Source of the DNA: a virus
Lineage: Duplodnaviria > Caudoviricetes
Virus record (IMG/VR): IMGVR_UViG_3300017911_000967
Location: 32,942 to 96,941 of that record
Length of the DNA stretch: 64,000 nucleotides
Reading direction: 5' to 3' (one strand)
Shown here one piece after another: positions 52,477 through 61,521 of the stretch. Under the pieces are notes generated by a model. That model was not told where the DNA came from. It did no database searches and saw nothing but the letters and a program-made list of their open reading frames with translations. The translations under genes were made by a program, and so were the position numbers. Within the stretch, counting starts at the first letter, position 1. Every line of letters starts with the position of its first letter.

Positions 52477-52923
52477 ATGCTTAATATTGAAGCGATACAC
52501 AAGGAGTGGGCAGAGGACTCTGTCATTCCTATGCACCAACTGGATGAGACATCACGTCAAATCCCCATGTTACACGCAAAGTATTTAGAGTACCTCACCG
52601 TAACCAAACTGTCACTACGTCGCGCAGAGGTTGCGCAGAAGATCCTGTTGAAGGAGAAGTGGTTGTACTATAATGGTAAGATGGACCCGCAGACTCTACA
52701 GGAGAAGGGGTGGGATCCAGATCCATTCAATGGTCTCAAGATCCTCAAGGGCGAGATGGACTACTACTATGACTCCGACCCAGAAATCTCTAAGTCTGAA
52801 GACAGAATCGTCGCACTTAAAGCGCAGATAGATAGTCTTACAGATATTCTTAACATGATCAAATGGAGGCATTCGACGATCAAGAACATGATTGATTATC
52901 GTCGATTCGAGGCTGGTGGATAA
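52477..52923 (+). CDS. uvsY: Recombination mediator UvsY
   Basis: W..DS.I....LD..S..IP.LH.KYL, KWLYYNGK, IK.R...IKN.I..RRFEAG. Confidence 0.9.
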   Translation: MLNIEAIHKEWAEDSVIPMHQLDETSRQIPMLHAKYLEYLTVTKLSLRRAEVAQKILLKEKWLYYNGKMDPQTLQEKGWDPDPFNGLKILKGEMDYYYDSDPEISKSEDRIVALKAQIDSLTDILNMIKWRHSTIKNMIDYRRFEAGG

Positions 52924-54439
52924 CAAGATACGCATTAGGATGAAGGACTACTCCCATTTTATGGTGGAGGCTCATCCTGCTCAAGAGAACGAGTTGAAGG
53001 AATACTTCTCGTTCTTTGTGCCCGGATACAAATACATGCCTGCATACAAGTCCCGACACTGGGACGGCAAAGTCAAACTGTACAATATGATGACCAAACA
53101 GATGAACGTGGGTCTCTATACACACCTACGTAAGTTCTGCGCGGATCGATTCTACCCGTTGGAAATCATTGAACATGAGACTTATGGAATCCCCTCTTTT
53201 AAGGAGGACATCGATCATCCAGCTCTTATCGATTTTCTATCTCTCCTTGATGCGCCATTCAAACCTAGAGATTATCAGTACAAAGCTATTTCGCACGGCG
53301 TCGAACACCGGCGTTGCATTCTACTTAGTCCTACTGGTAGCGGTAAGTCATTTATCATTTATAACCTACTACGATACTGTTACGAGGTCACCGAAGGAAA
53401 GATCCTAGTCATCGTCCCAACCACGTCGTTGGTAGAACAGATGTACAAGGACTTCGAGGAATACGGTTACGACGTAGAAGAGTTCTGTCACCGCATCTAC
53501 TCCGGTAAGGAGAAGGTCACGGACAAACGTGTCATCATATCCACATGGCAATCCATCTATAAATTCGGCAAGGAATGGTTCGAGCAGTTCGACTCAGTCT
53601 TTGGTGATGAGGTCCACCTGTTCAAGGCGAAGTCACTGACTACCATGATGGACAAGTGTATCAACGCAAAATACCGTTTCGGTCTTACGGGTACACTCGA
53701 TGGGACCGAGACAAACAAACTGGTTCTGGAAGGTCTCTTCGGTCCTACATTCACTGTCACACGAACAGTTGAACTTCAGAAAGAAAATCAACTTGCAGAC
53801 TTGGATATCTCTGTTCTACTATTGAGGTATCACAATGATGTCTGCCAACAAGTCAAGGAGATGTCGTATCAAGAAGAGTTGGATACGATCGTCACCTATG
53901 AACCCCGTAATCGATTTATCAGTAAACTGGCACTCGATCAAACGGGAAACACCCTCGTGATGTTCCAATTTGTTGAAAAACATGGTAAGGTTCTGTACGA
54001 GATGATCAAGTCTATGGCTGAAGAAGGACGTAAAGTATTCTACGTATCTGGTGAAGTAGATGCCACGGACAGAGAACAAATAAGAGGTATAGTAGAAAAA
54101 GAAAATGATGCAATTATCGTTGCTTCTCTTGGTACTTTTAGTACTGGTATTAACATCCGCAATCTGCATAATATTGTATTTGCGACACCGTCCAAATCTC
54201 AAGTCAAAGTTCTCCAATCGATTGGTCGTGGTCTTCGTAAGTCTGATGATGGTCGGACTACTCGACTTTTTGATATTGCTGATGATCTTCATATTAGGAG
54301 TCACAAAAACTTTACACTGAAACACAGCGCTGAAAGGATTAGGATATATACTAAAGAGGGATTCAGATATAAGATATATCCCATAAATCTAAAACCAATA
54401 AGAGTGGAACAAGATGTCGAAAGCAACCTCTTCGGTTAA
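52916..54439 (+). CDS. uvsW: SF2 helicase UvsW
   Basis: WDGKVKL, SPTGSGKS, DEVH, GLTGTL, FSTGINIRNLHN, QSIGRGLR; GTG start at 52916 inferred. Confidence 0.95.
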   Translation: MDNKIRIRMKDYSHFMVEAHPAQENELKEYFSFFVPGYKYMPAYKSRHWDGKVKLYNMMTKQMNVGLYTHLRKFCADRFYPLEIIEHETYGIPSFKEDIDHPALIDFLSLLDAPFKPRDYQYKAISHGVEHRRCILLSPTGSGKSFIIYNLLRYCYEVTEGKILVIVPTTSLVEQMYKDFEEYGYDVEEFCHRIYSGKEKVTDKRVIISTWQSIYKFGKEWFEQFDSVFGDEVHLFKAKSLTTMMDKCINAKYRFGLTGTLDGTETNKLVLEGLFGPTFTVTRTVELQKENQLADLDISVLLLRYHNDVCQQVKEMSYQEELDTIVTYEPRNRFISKLALDQTGNTLVMFQFVEKHGKVLYEMIKSMAEEGRKVFYVSGEVDATDREQIRGIVEKENDAIIVASLGTFSTGINIRNLHNIVFATPSKSQVKVLQSIGRGLRKSDDGRTTRLFDIADDLHIRSHKNFTLKHSAERIRIYTKEGFRYKIYPINLKPIRVEQDVESNLFG

Positions 54440-54842
54440 ACACCTAAAGTTAGTAACAGGTGAAGAACTGGTATGCGAGTTGATGAGTGAAACTGGCGAT
54501 TCAATCGTTATTCGAAATGCGCTATCTTTGATTGAGAAAGATCTCAGTAGTGGTGATAAGTACTATGCGTTCAAAACGTTTATGGTTTATCAAGACAGCC
54601 CTCAAAACGTTATTATCATTTTCTTCGATAAAATTATGTCTATTGCAGTCCCTACCGAGGAGATGCAAAGACAATATAGTGGTGCCATTGTTGAGATGAA
54701 AGAATACAATGAGGCACAAGAGTTGAAACAACAAGAACGTAGTGAATGGGAAGATGACCTGTCACTTGAAGAGTTCTTGAATGATATGGACCGTGAGAAT
54801 GACCTCATGGACTCCGATGTTGAAGGTATGGTGAAGAACTAG
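54414..54842 (+). CDS. Conserved hypothetical protein (Sm-like N-terminus) after uvsW
   Basis: KHLKLVTGEELVC motif; synteny in marine T4-like phages. Confidence 0.7.
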   Translation: MSKATSSVKHLKLVTGEELVCELMSETGDSIVIRNALSLIEKDLSSGDKYYAFKTFMVYQDSPQNVIIIFFDKIMSIAVPTEEMQRQYSGAIVEMKEYNEAQELKQQERSEWEDDLSLEEFLNDMDRENDLMDSDVEGMVKN

Positions 54843-54918
54843 GGGTATACTATTCTCCCCTTTGGTTAAAGAGATTATACAGTATAAATCAAATTCTGTC
54901 AAGCACTAAATTTAATTA

Positions 54919-54947
54919 TTGACAAACGAGTCAAATTTTGGTATTAT
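54919..54947 (+). promoter_or_regulatory. sigma70-type promoter TTGACA-N17-TATTAT
   Basis: Upstream of gp55. Confidence 0.75.
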
Positions 54948-54978
54948 TATACCTCAATTAAATCGGAAGTTGTATATT

Positions 54979-55569
54979 ATGAAACCTAAAGAAAAACCAC
55001 ATTACGTTAATAACAGAGAGTTCTCTGAAGCGGTAGTCGCGTATTGTACCTCTGTCCAAGAGGCGAAGGACGAAGGTAAATCTACACCGATTGTCACAGA
55101 TTATATCGCTTCCTGTTTTCTAAAGATCGCAGAGGGTCTCTCTCACAAGGCGAACTTTGTTCGTTACACTTATCGTGAAGAGATGGTCATGGACGCAGTT
55201 GAGAATTGTCTCAAGGCGATCGAGAACTACGACATCGAAGCTGCAACCCGTTCGGGTAAACCAAATGCATTCGCCTACTTCACACAGATTTCATGGTACG
55301 CGTTCTTGCGTCGGATTCAAAAAGAGAAGAAGCAACAGGACGTGAAGATGAAGTTCATCGCAGAGGCGGACGTAGCTGAGTTCCTTGATGATGAGGGTGA
55401 AGGATACGGACACATGCAACATGCGTCTCCCTTTGTAGATAATTTACGTATGCGCATCGATGCCGTGAAGAACGCTGACGACGAATTCAAAGAGTACGCA
55501 AAGGAAGAGAAGAAGCGTAAACGTCGTGCAGTGAATGTTGACTCAGACCTATCGGAGTGGATGGAATAA
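54979..55569 (+). CDS. gp55: Late-transcription sigma factor gp55
   Basis: HYVNNREF, FLKIAEGLSHKANFVRYTYREEMVMDAVENCL, NAFAYFTQI..YAFLRRI.KEKKQ. Confidence 0.96.
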   Translation: MKPKEKPHYVNNREFSEAVVAYCTSVQEAKDEGKSTPIVTDYIASCFLKIAEGLSHKANFVRYTYREEMVMDAVENCLKAIENYDIEAATRSGKPNAFAYFTQISWYAFLRRIQKEKKQQDVKMKFIAEADVAEFLDDEGEGYGHMQHASPFVDNLRMRIDAVKNADDEFKEYAKEEKKRKRRAVNVDSDLSEWME

Positions 55570-55582
55570 TTTCAGATTAAAC

Positions 55583-55611
55583 TTGACAGACCCCTTACAC
55601 TATAGTATAAT
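55583..55611 (+). promoter_or_regulatory. Perfect sigma70 promoter TTGACA-N17-TATAAT
   Basis: Upstream of the tRNA-like element and gp47. Confidence 0.85.
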
Positions 55612-55638
55612 GTGTGTCTAAATTAGTAAAAGTTTATC

Positions 55639-55707
55639 GCGGGAGTTCGTTATGGAGACAGTGAGTACCCCTCTCTGTAGTAGGTGAAATCCCTACATCC
55701 CGCTCCA
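55639..55707 (+). ncRNA. Degenerate tRNA-Gly-like RNA (69 nt, possible ACC anticodon)
   Basis: GCGGGA.../...TCCCGC-T-CCA acceptor, GTAGG-TGAAATC-CCTAC T-arm, AGTGA-GTACCCC-TCTCT anticodon arm, shrunken D-arm. Confidence 0.5.
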
Positions 55708-55721
55708 ATTACTGAGAGTTT

Positions 55722-56780
55722 ATGAAGATCGCTATATTGAATGACACTCACTGCGGGTGTCGCAATTCATCTGAAATTTTTATGGATTATCAAGAACGCT
55801 TCTATGGTGAGGTGTTCTTCCCGTATCTGTTAGAAAACAACATCACCCAGATCCTTCACCTTGGGGACTACTACGACAATCGTAAGACGGTCAACCTCAA
55901 GGCTTTAAGTCACAATCGTAGAATCTTCCTAGACAAACTGCGTGAGTATAATATCCACATGGATATCATTCCTGGCAACCACGATGTTTACTTCAAGAAC
56001 ACTAATGAACTAAACTCTCTAAAAGAATTGATGGGACATTACATGAACGAGGTCGACATCCTTATGGATCCTATCGTGCGTGACTACGATGGTGTCAAGT
56101 TTGGTCTCGTACCTTGGATATGTCCAGAGAATGAAGAAGAGATACAAACCTTCCTTGATAACTGCGGCGCGGATGTCATTGGTGGTCACTTTGAACTTGC
56201 TGGTTTCGAGATGGACAAGGGTCTTGTGTGTAAGGACGGTATGGATCCCAAGCCTCTGGAGAAGTTTGAGACGGTTCTGTCCGGACACTTCCACACCAAG
56301 TCGTCGCAAGGTAATATACACTATCTTGGTGCCCAGATGGAGTTCTTCTGGAACGACGCACATGACCCCAAATACTTCCACATCTACGATACGGAGACGC
56401 GTGAACTAACACCCGTCCGTAACGAGGTGTCTATCTTCCACAAGATCTACTACAACGAAGATGAGGTCAACTACTTCGAAGACCTGTCCTACCTTGACGG
56501 TAAGTTCGTCAAGTTGATCGTTGGCAACCGATCTGACATGAAGAAGTTCGAACGATACGTCGAACGCATCCAACAACAGAAGATCCACGAACTGAAGATT
56601 GCCGAAGACTTCCGCGAGTTCCGTGGTGAGAATGTGGGTGACAGTGAAATAAGCGTTGACGACACCGAAACTTTAATCTATAATTACATCCAAGATGTAG
56701 ACACGGACCTTGACAAAGACCGGATCAAAGGATTGGTTTCAGAGTTGATGGTTGAGGCGCAGAGCGTAGAGATTGCATGA
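55722..56780 (+). CDS. gp47: Recombination endonuclease subunit gp47 (Mre11/SbcD-like)
   Basis: DTH.G, HLGDYYD.RK, GNHD, GHFE, SGHFH. Confidence 0.96.
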   Translation: MKIAILNDTHCGCRNSSEIFMDYQERFYGEVFFPYLLENNITQILHLGDYYDNRKTVNLKALSHNRRIFLDKLREYNIHMDIIPGNHDVYFKNTNELNSLKELMGHYMNEVDILMDPIVRDYDGVKFGLVPWICPENEEEIQTFLDNCGADVIGGHFELAGFEMDKGLVCKDGMDPKPLEKFETVLSGHFHTKSSQGNIHYLGAQMEFFWNDAHDPKYFHIYDTETRELTPVRNEVSIFHKIYYNEDEVNYFEDLSYLDGKFVKLIVGNRSDMKKFERYVERIQQQKIHELKIAEDFREFRGENVGDSEISVDDTETLIYNYIQDVDTDLDKDRIKGLVSELMVEAQSVEIA

Positions 56781-58501
56781 TTAAATTCCAGAAACTCCGT
56801 TGGAAGAACTTTCTATCGACGGGTAACTATTTCAATGAGATTGACTTTCTAGAGAATCCAACGAACTTAGTAGTTGGTGAGAACGGTGCGGGAAAGTCCA
56901 CTATGTTGGACGCCCTGTCGTTCGCTCTCTTCGGCAAAGCTCATCGTAAGATTAATAAAGCACAATTAGTAAATACAATCAACAACAAGGACGCCCGATG
57001 TGAAGTAGAGTTCACAGTAAACGGTGTTCAATATAAAGTCGTGCGTGGAATCAAACCCGCAAAGTTTGAGATATGGAAGGATGGGTCTCTCATCAACCAG
57101 AACGCACACGCCCGCGAGTATCAAGAGATTCTTGAGAAGAACATCCTACAGATGTCTCACAAGAGTTTCCACCAAATTGTTGTTCTCGGCTCGTCGTCTT
57201 TTATCCCGTTCATGCAACTCAACTCTACTTCTCGACGTGACGTGATCGAAGACCTTCTTGATATTAACATATTTTCTAAAATGAATGTGATACTCAAGGA
57301 GAAAATCTCTCTCCTCAAAGGCGAGCTCGAGAACAACAACCATTCTATCGATATAGTCAAGGCGCAGATATCTTCTCAAAAGAAGTATATCCGTGACCTT
57401 AGTGCTATCAACACTGCGCACCGCAAAGAGAAAGAATCAGAGATCGAGTCTCTGAATGCGGACATCGCAACTTTCAATGAAGTCAACGCAGAACTTGCAG
57501 AAACCGTCAATAATTCGTTGCCTTCGGTTACAGAAGAATTAAGCAAGATTCGTACCAATAAACAGAAGTTAGAAAAGTATCGCACAAAGTTTGATACACA
57601 GGTCAAGTCGATTGTCAAAGAGGCAAAGTTCTTTGAAGACAACGAACATTGCCCTACGTGCGATCAAGAGATTGGTGACGACTTGCGTCACAGTAAACGC
57701 GCAGACGCGACCGAACGCGCACGTGAACTAAAGACTCTTATGGAACAGGCGGATGCGCAACTGGGAGAATATCAATCCAAGATGGAGTCTCTCGAAGAAA
57801 CGATGGCTGATCTGTTGCATAAACAAAACTTGATGAATAACAACGTCCAGTTGATATCGCGACTGACACAGAATGTCCAGAAGATCCAGAGTGACCTCGC
57901 CGACATGGAAGATAGTTCTGGTGATATGTCACAGGCGAACAAGGATCTCAATGATCTGGACAACTCTCTATACGAACTGAATGATGTCAAGTATACATTG
58001 AACGAGAAGTCCTCGTACAATCGTGTTGCGTCTGAACTGCTTCGCGACACCGGCATCAAGACTAAGATCATCAAACAATACATTCCGGTCATCAACGAAC
58101 TCACCAACAAGTATCTACAGACTCTGGACTTCTTCGTTCACTTCGAGTTGGATGAGAATTTCAACGAGACCATCCGATCGCGTTACCGCGACACCTTCTC
58201 CTACGACTCGTTTTCAGAAGGTGAGAAACAACGCATAGACCTGTCATTGTTGTTCACTTGGAGACACATTGCCAAGATGAAGAACTCTGTATCAACCAAC
58301 CTGTTGATCTTAGATGAGACGTTCGATTCGTCTCTCGATGGTGAGGGTGTCGACAACCTAATGAAAATCATTGACACACTCAAGGAAGACACCAACGTAT
58401 TTGTAATCTCTCACAAGACCGAACTGGAGGACGCCCACTTCGAACGCAAGTTGTCGTTCATCAAGGACAAGAATTTCAGTCGGATGCGAGATATTACTTG
58501 A
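56777..58501 (+). CDS. gp46: Recombination ATPase subunit gp46 (Rad50/SbcC-like)
   Basis: GENGAGKST, CPTC zinc hook, FSEGEKQRIDL, LILDETFDSSLD. Confidence 0.97.
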   Translation: MIKFQKLRWKNFLSTGNYFNEIDFLENPTNLVVGENGAGKSTMLDALSFALFGKAHRKINKAQLVNTINNKDARCEVEFTVNGVQYKVVRGIKPAKFEIWKDGSLINQNAHAREYQEILEKNILQMSHKSFHQIVVLGSSSFIPFMQLNSTSRRDVIEDLLDINIFSKMNVILKEKISLLKGELENNNHSIDIVKAQISSQKKYIRDLSAINTAHRKEKESEIESLNADIATFNEVNAELAETVNNSLPSVTEELSKIRTNKQKLEKYRTKFDTQVKSIVKEAKFFEDNEHCPTCDQEIGDDLRHSKRADATERARELKTLMEQADAQLGEYQSKMESLEETMADLLHKQNLMNNNVQLISRLTQNVQKIQSDLADMEDSSGDMSQANKDLNDLDNSLYELNDVKYTLNEKSSYNRVASELLRDTGIKTKIIKQYIPVINELTNKYLQTLDFFVHFELDENFNETIRSRYRDTFSYDSFSEGEKQRIDLSLLFTWRHIAKMKNSVSTNLLILDETFDSSLDGEGVDNLMKIIDTLKEDTNVFVISHKTELEDAHFERKLSFIKDKNFSRMRDIT

Positions 58502-58526
58502 CACGGAAGGGATGTTATTATATAAT
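58498..58526 (+). promoter_or_regulatory. Perfect sigma70 promoter TTGACA-N17-TATAAT
   Basis: Upstream of gp45. Confidence 0.85.
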
Positions 58527-58553
58527 GTCCCACATATTAACTGAGGAATCCAC

Positions 58554-59231
58554 ATGGAACTATCAACCCGAACTGTCGAGATTCTACGAAACTTCTCGAC
58601 GATCAACCAGAACATCGTAGTCAATGGCGGTAACGTCATCAAGACTATGTCTATCGCGAAGAACATCGTATCTCAGGCAGAGATCGAGGAATCTTTCCCC
58701 AGCTCATTCGGCATCTATGACCTGTCAGAGTTTTTGTCGGTCCTGTCTCTTGTAGACAATCCGTCAATCGAGTTCGGCGAAAACTTCTGTACCGTATCAG
58801 ACGGCAGTGGTCTTTCCTCAGTGCGTTACTTCTATTCAGACCCAGAGATGCTTTCTGCACCTAAGAAAGAGATCATCATGCCCGAGTGTGAGGTCAGATT
58901 TCTCCTCACTAACGAAACCCTAAGTAAGATCAAACGTGCCGCATCCGCACTGGGTTATGAAACTATTTCCATCCGACCCGATGGTAACTCTGTGCGTATC
59001 GATGTCGTTGATACAGAAAACTCAACGTCTAACTCATACTCGATTCAGGTCGAAGGTCAGTTCCCAGAGAACGCGGACTTCAACTTTATTATCGGTGTGA
59101 ACAACCTGAAGTTGTTGGGTGACGATTACGAAGTGTCGATTTCAACTAAGTTGATCTCCAGCTTCCGTTCGACATCTGGTAAGACAGAATACTTTATTGC
59201 ACTTGAAAAGTCATCAACATACGGAGCATAA
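58554..59231 (+). CDS. gp45: Sliding clamp gp45
   Basis: MELS..TVEILRNFSTINQNI, FGIYDLSEFL, YFIALE. Confidence 0.96.
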   Translation: MELSTRTVEILRNFSTINQNIVVNGGNVIKTMSIAKNIVSQAEIEESFPSSFGIYDLSEFLSVLSLVDNPSIEFGENFCTVSDGSGLSSVRYFYSDPEMLSAPKKEIIMPECEVRFLLTNETLSKIKRAASALGYETISIRPDGNSVRIDVVDTENSTSNSYSIQVEGQFPENADFNFIIGVNNLKLLGDDYEVSISTKLISSFRSTSGKTEYFIALEKSSTYGA

Positions 59232-59232
59232 A

Positions 59233-59445
59233 ATGACTGAAGACCAAGCTACATTTTACGACCTCGCAAACCGCGTTGCCCGATCATGTGTCGCAGTAGT
59301 TGATACTGTTGTAACACGTGGTGGGTTCAAGGGTGAGGAACTTACAACTATCGGACAACTGCGCGACCAATCAGTACAGGTTGTTGCACTTTATGAGAAG
59401 TTGGCAAAAGCACACGCAGAGGCTGAAGAGTCAGACTCTGAGTAA
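59233..59445 (+). CDS. Small hypothetical protein
   Basis: GGAG RBS; VVD.V.TRGGFKGEELTTIGQLRD. Confidence 0.7.
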   Translation: MTEDQATFYDLANRVARSCVAVVDTVVTRGGFKGEELTTIGQLRDQSVQVVALYEKLAKAHAEAEESDSE

Positions 59446-59451
59446 CCTTTT

Positions 59452-59518
59452 GGGGTGGTGGGATATTCTCTTTCACCGCGAACACTTTATTATGATCTAC
59501 CCATCGCCCCTTTTTTTT
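59452..59518 (+). terminator. Long-loop hairpin + T8 (terminator or structured RNA)
   Basis: GGGGTGGTGGG...CCCATCGCCCC followed by TTTTTTTT. Confidence 0.5.
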
Positions 59519-59767
59519 ATGAAACTATATGACCCCCTGATTGCAAAAGAGACCACAATCCACGTTGCGCTTGGGACGGTCATAAACTACCCACTTAACA
59601 TCTTCTATACATGGTTAGCGGTTGTTAAGTGGGGTATCACGGACCCGTTGATGTTGTCCACTATTCTTACTGTTGGAATATCCTTTGTCGCGTTCACTCG
59701 CATATACATAGTAAGGACTCTTACAGAAAGACGTAAGACAAAATTAAACCAAGAAACGCCGCTATAG
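59519..59767 (+). CDS. Small two-TM membrane protein
   Basis: Two hydrophobic stretches, R.Y.VR..; stop codon lies inside the tRNA 5' end; no obvious RBS. Confidence 0.55.
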   Translation: MKLYDPLIAKETTIHVALGTVINYPLNIFYTWLAVVKWGITDPLMLSTILTVGISFVAFTRIYIVRTLTERRKTKLNQETPL

Positions 59768-59833
59768 CTCAGCAGGTAGAGCAACTGATTTGTAATCAGT
59801 AGGTCCCGCGTTCGATTCGTGGTGGCGGCACCA
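59758..59833 (+). tRNA. trnT: tRNA-Thr (anticodon TGT)
   Basis: GCCGCTA/TGGCGGC acceptor, TAGCTCAG..GGTAGAGC D-arm, ACTGA-TTTGTAA-TCAGT, GTTCGATTC T-loop, encoded CCA. Confidence 0.96.
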
Positions 59834-59845
59834 TTTGGAGACACC

Positions 59846-60439
59846 GTGAATTTATCTACAAAAATCTCAGACCTATTTGCTCGGTCCATGACTGCGTTTT
59901 TCCGTCTGTTTGCAGATCTCTTTTTCCGCAAGCGTTACGGTCACCGAGCACTCGTTTTAGAAACGGTTGCGGGTGTGCCAGGCATGGTCGCGGGTATGAT
60001 GACCCACCTTTACAGTCTACAGGCGTTTAAGAGAGGTCACGGTACCAAGATTCATGAGATGCTTGCAGAGGCAGAGAACGAAAGAAAACACCTCATGTTT
60101 TTCATGGAGGTAATCAAACCTTGGTTCATTGAACGTATAATCATCATCGTTGCCCAGTTCATATTCTGGCATTACTATCTGGTGATGTTTGTTCTATTCC
60201 CCCGAACCGCACACCGCATGACTGGATACTTCGAACAGGAAGCGGTACAAAGTTACACAAACTATTTGGAACTGATTGAGTCGGGAGAGATCGAAGATGT
60301 TCCCGCGCCACAGATCGCGATTGACTACTACAGTGAACTCCACGAGTTCTCTAAGTTGTCTGATATGATTAAGTGCATCCGACGTGATGAGATGCACCAT
60401 GCTAAAGTCAACCACGCGTATGCGGATGGAAGACTATAG
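59846..60439 (+). CDS. aox: Alternative oxidase (AOX, ubiquinol oxidase), auxiliary metabolic gene
   Basis: LETVAGVPGMV, EAENERKHL, GYFEQEAVQSY, PAPQIAIDYY, IRRDEMHH diiron motifs; GTG start after GGAG. Confidence 0.92.
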   Translation: MNLSTKISDLFARSMTAFFRLFADLFFRKRYGHRALVLETVAGVPGMVAGMMTHLYSLQAFKRGHGTKIHEMLAEAENERKHLMFFMEVIKPWFIERIIIIVAQFIFWHYYLVMFVLFPRTAHRMTGYFEQEAVQSYTNYLELIESGEIEDVPAPQIAIDYYSELHEFSKLSDMIKCIRRDEMHHAKVNHAYADGRL

Positions 60440-60516
60440 TTTTTATTGATTAGGTTTATCGGAAATATCGATCCTATTTGTCTACTTTATGTGGATAAAT
60501 AGATTAAAGATTTCGG

Positions 60517-60545
60517 TTTACACGACGGGGACAATGCGGTATAAT
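60517..60545 (+). promoter_or_regulatory. sigma70-type promoter TTTACA-N17-TATAAT
   Basis: Upstream of gp44; followed by GTCCC like the gp45 promoter. Confidence 0.75.
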
Positions 60546-60573
60546 GTCCCCTTATTATATTATGGAGTGGTAA

Positions 60574-61521
60574 ATGAGTAACGAATTCTTGTGGGTGGAG
60601 AAGTACCGCCCGAAAACTGTATCCCAAACTATCCTACCCACAGATCTGAAGGCAACCTTTCAGAACATTGTGGACGGTGGAGAAATCCCGAACATGATGT
60701 TCAGTGGGACTGCGGGTACGGGTAAAACTACAGTCGCTCGCGCAATATGCGAAGAACTGGAGTTAGACTACATCGTGATCAATGGGTCAGAAGAAGGCAA
60801 CATTGACACACTACGAGGAAAGATCAAGCAGTTCGCCTCTTCTGTCTCGTTGTCTGGTAGTTACAAGGTCGTCATCCTTGACGAGGCGGACTATCTAAAT
60901 CCCCAGTCAACCCAACCCGCGTTGCGTGGGTTCATCGAGGAGTTCTCGAAAAACTGTCGGTTCATTATGACCTGCAACTTTGAGAACAAGATCATTGAAC
61001 CACTACACTCGCGGTGTACTAAGATCGCGTTCAGCGCAACCAAGAAGACGTTGCAGTCTCTCTCGGCGGAGTTTATGCAACGCGCTATGACCATTCTCCA
61101 GACGGAGGGTGTAGACTATAATAAGGATGTCCTTGCGCAGGTCATCATGAAACACGCACCAGATTGGAGGCGTGTCCTGAATGAGTTGCAACGTCACTCA
61201 ATCTCTGGCCAGGGCCAGTTGGAAACTACTGCTATCATTACAGACGTAAATGATAACTACAGTGTCCTGTTCAAGGCACTGAAGGACAAGGATTTCAAGA
61301 AGATGCGTTCTTGGGTCGTGAACAACATGGACGTAGAACCCGCGTCTATTTTCCGTGGCATTTATGATCGCATGTATGACCATGTTGCCCCGAACAGTAT
61401 CCCGCAACTAGTTCTCATTCTTGCTGACTATCAGTACAAGAACGCGTTCGTTGCTGATCATGAATTGAACCTAGTTGCCTGCCTTACTGAGTGCATGGCG
61501 AACGTAGAGATTAAAAGTTAA
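60574..61521 (+). CDS. gp44: Clamp loader large subunit gp44
   Basis: LWVEKYRP, GTAGTGKTT, ILDEAD, QPALRGFIEEFS.NCRFI.TCN, PLHSRC. Confidence 0.97.
   Translation: MSNEFLWVEKYRPKTVSQTILPTDLKATFQNIVDGGEIPNMMFSGTAGTGKTTVARAICEELELDYIVINGSEEGNIDTLRGKIKQFASSVSLSGSYKVVILDEADYLNPQSTQPALRGFIEEFSKNCRFIMTCNFENKIIEPLHSRCTKIAFSATKKTLQSLSAEFMQRAMTILQTEGVDYNKDVLAQVIMKHAPDWRRVLNELQRHSISGQGQLETTAIITDVNDNYSVLFKALKDKDFKKMRSWVVNNMDVEPASIFRGIYDRMYDHVAPNSIPQLVLILADYQYKNAFVADHELNLVACLTECMANVEIKS

Noticed and set aside
42490-58501. Introns, inteins or homing endonucleases in gp17, gp20, gp23, uvsW, gp46/47
   Set aside because: All genes have ordinary lengths and uninterrupted motifs; no HNH, GIY-YIG or LAGLIDADG ORF seen
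59819-59845. ORF-track start for AOX at 59819
   Set aside because: It lies inside the tRNA-Thr; GTG 59846 has a GGAG RBS
59846-60439. Calling the gene cyanophage PTOX and the phage a cyanophage
   Set aside because: The motifs are AOX-type and no photosynthesis genes are present in the window; the host cannot be fixed from this segment
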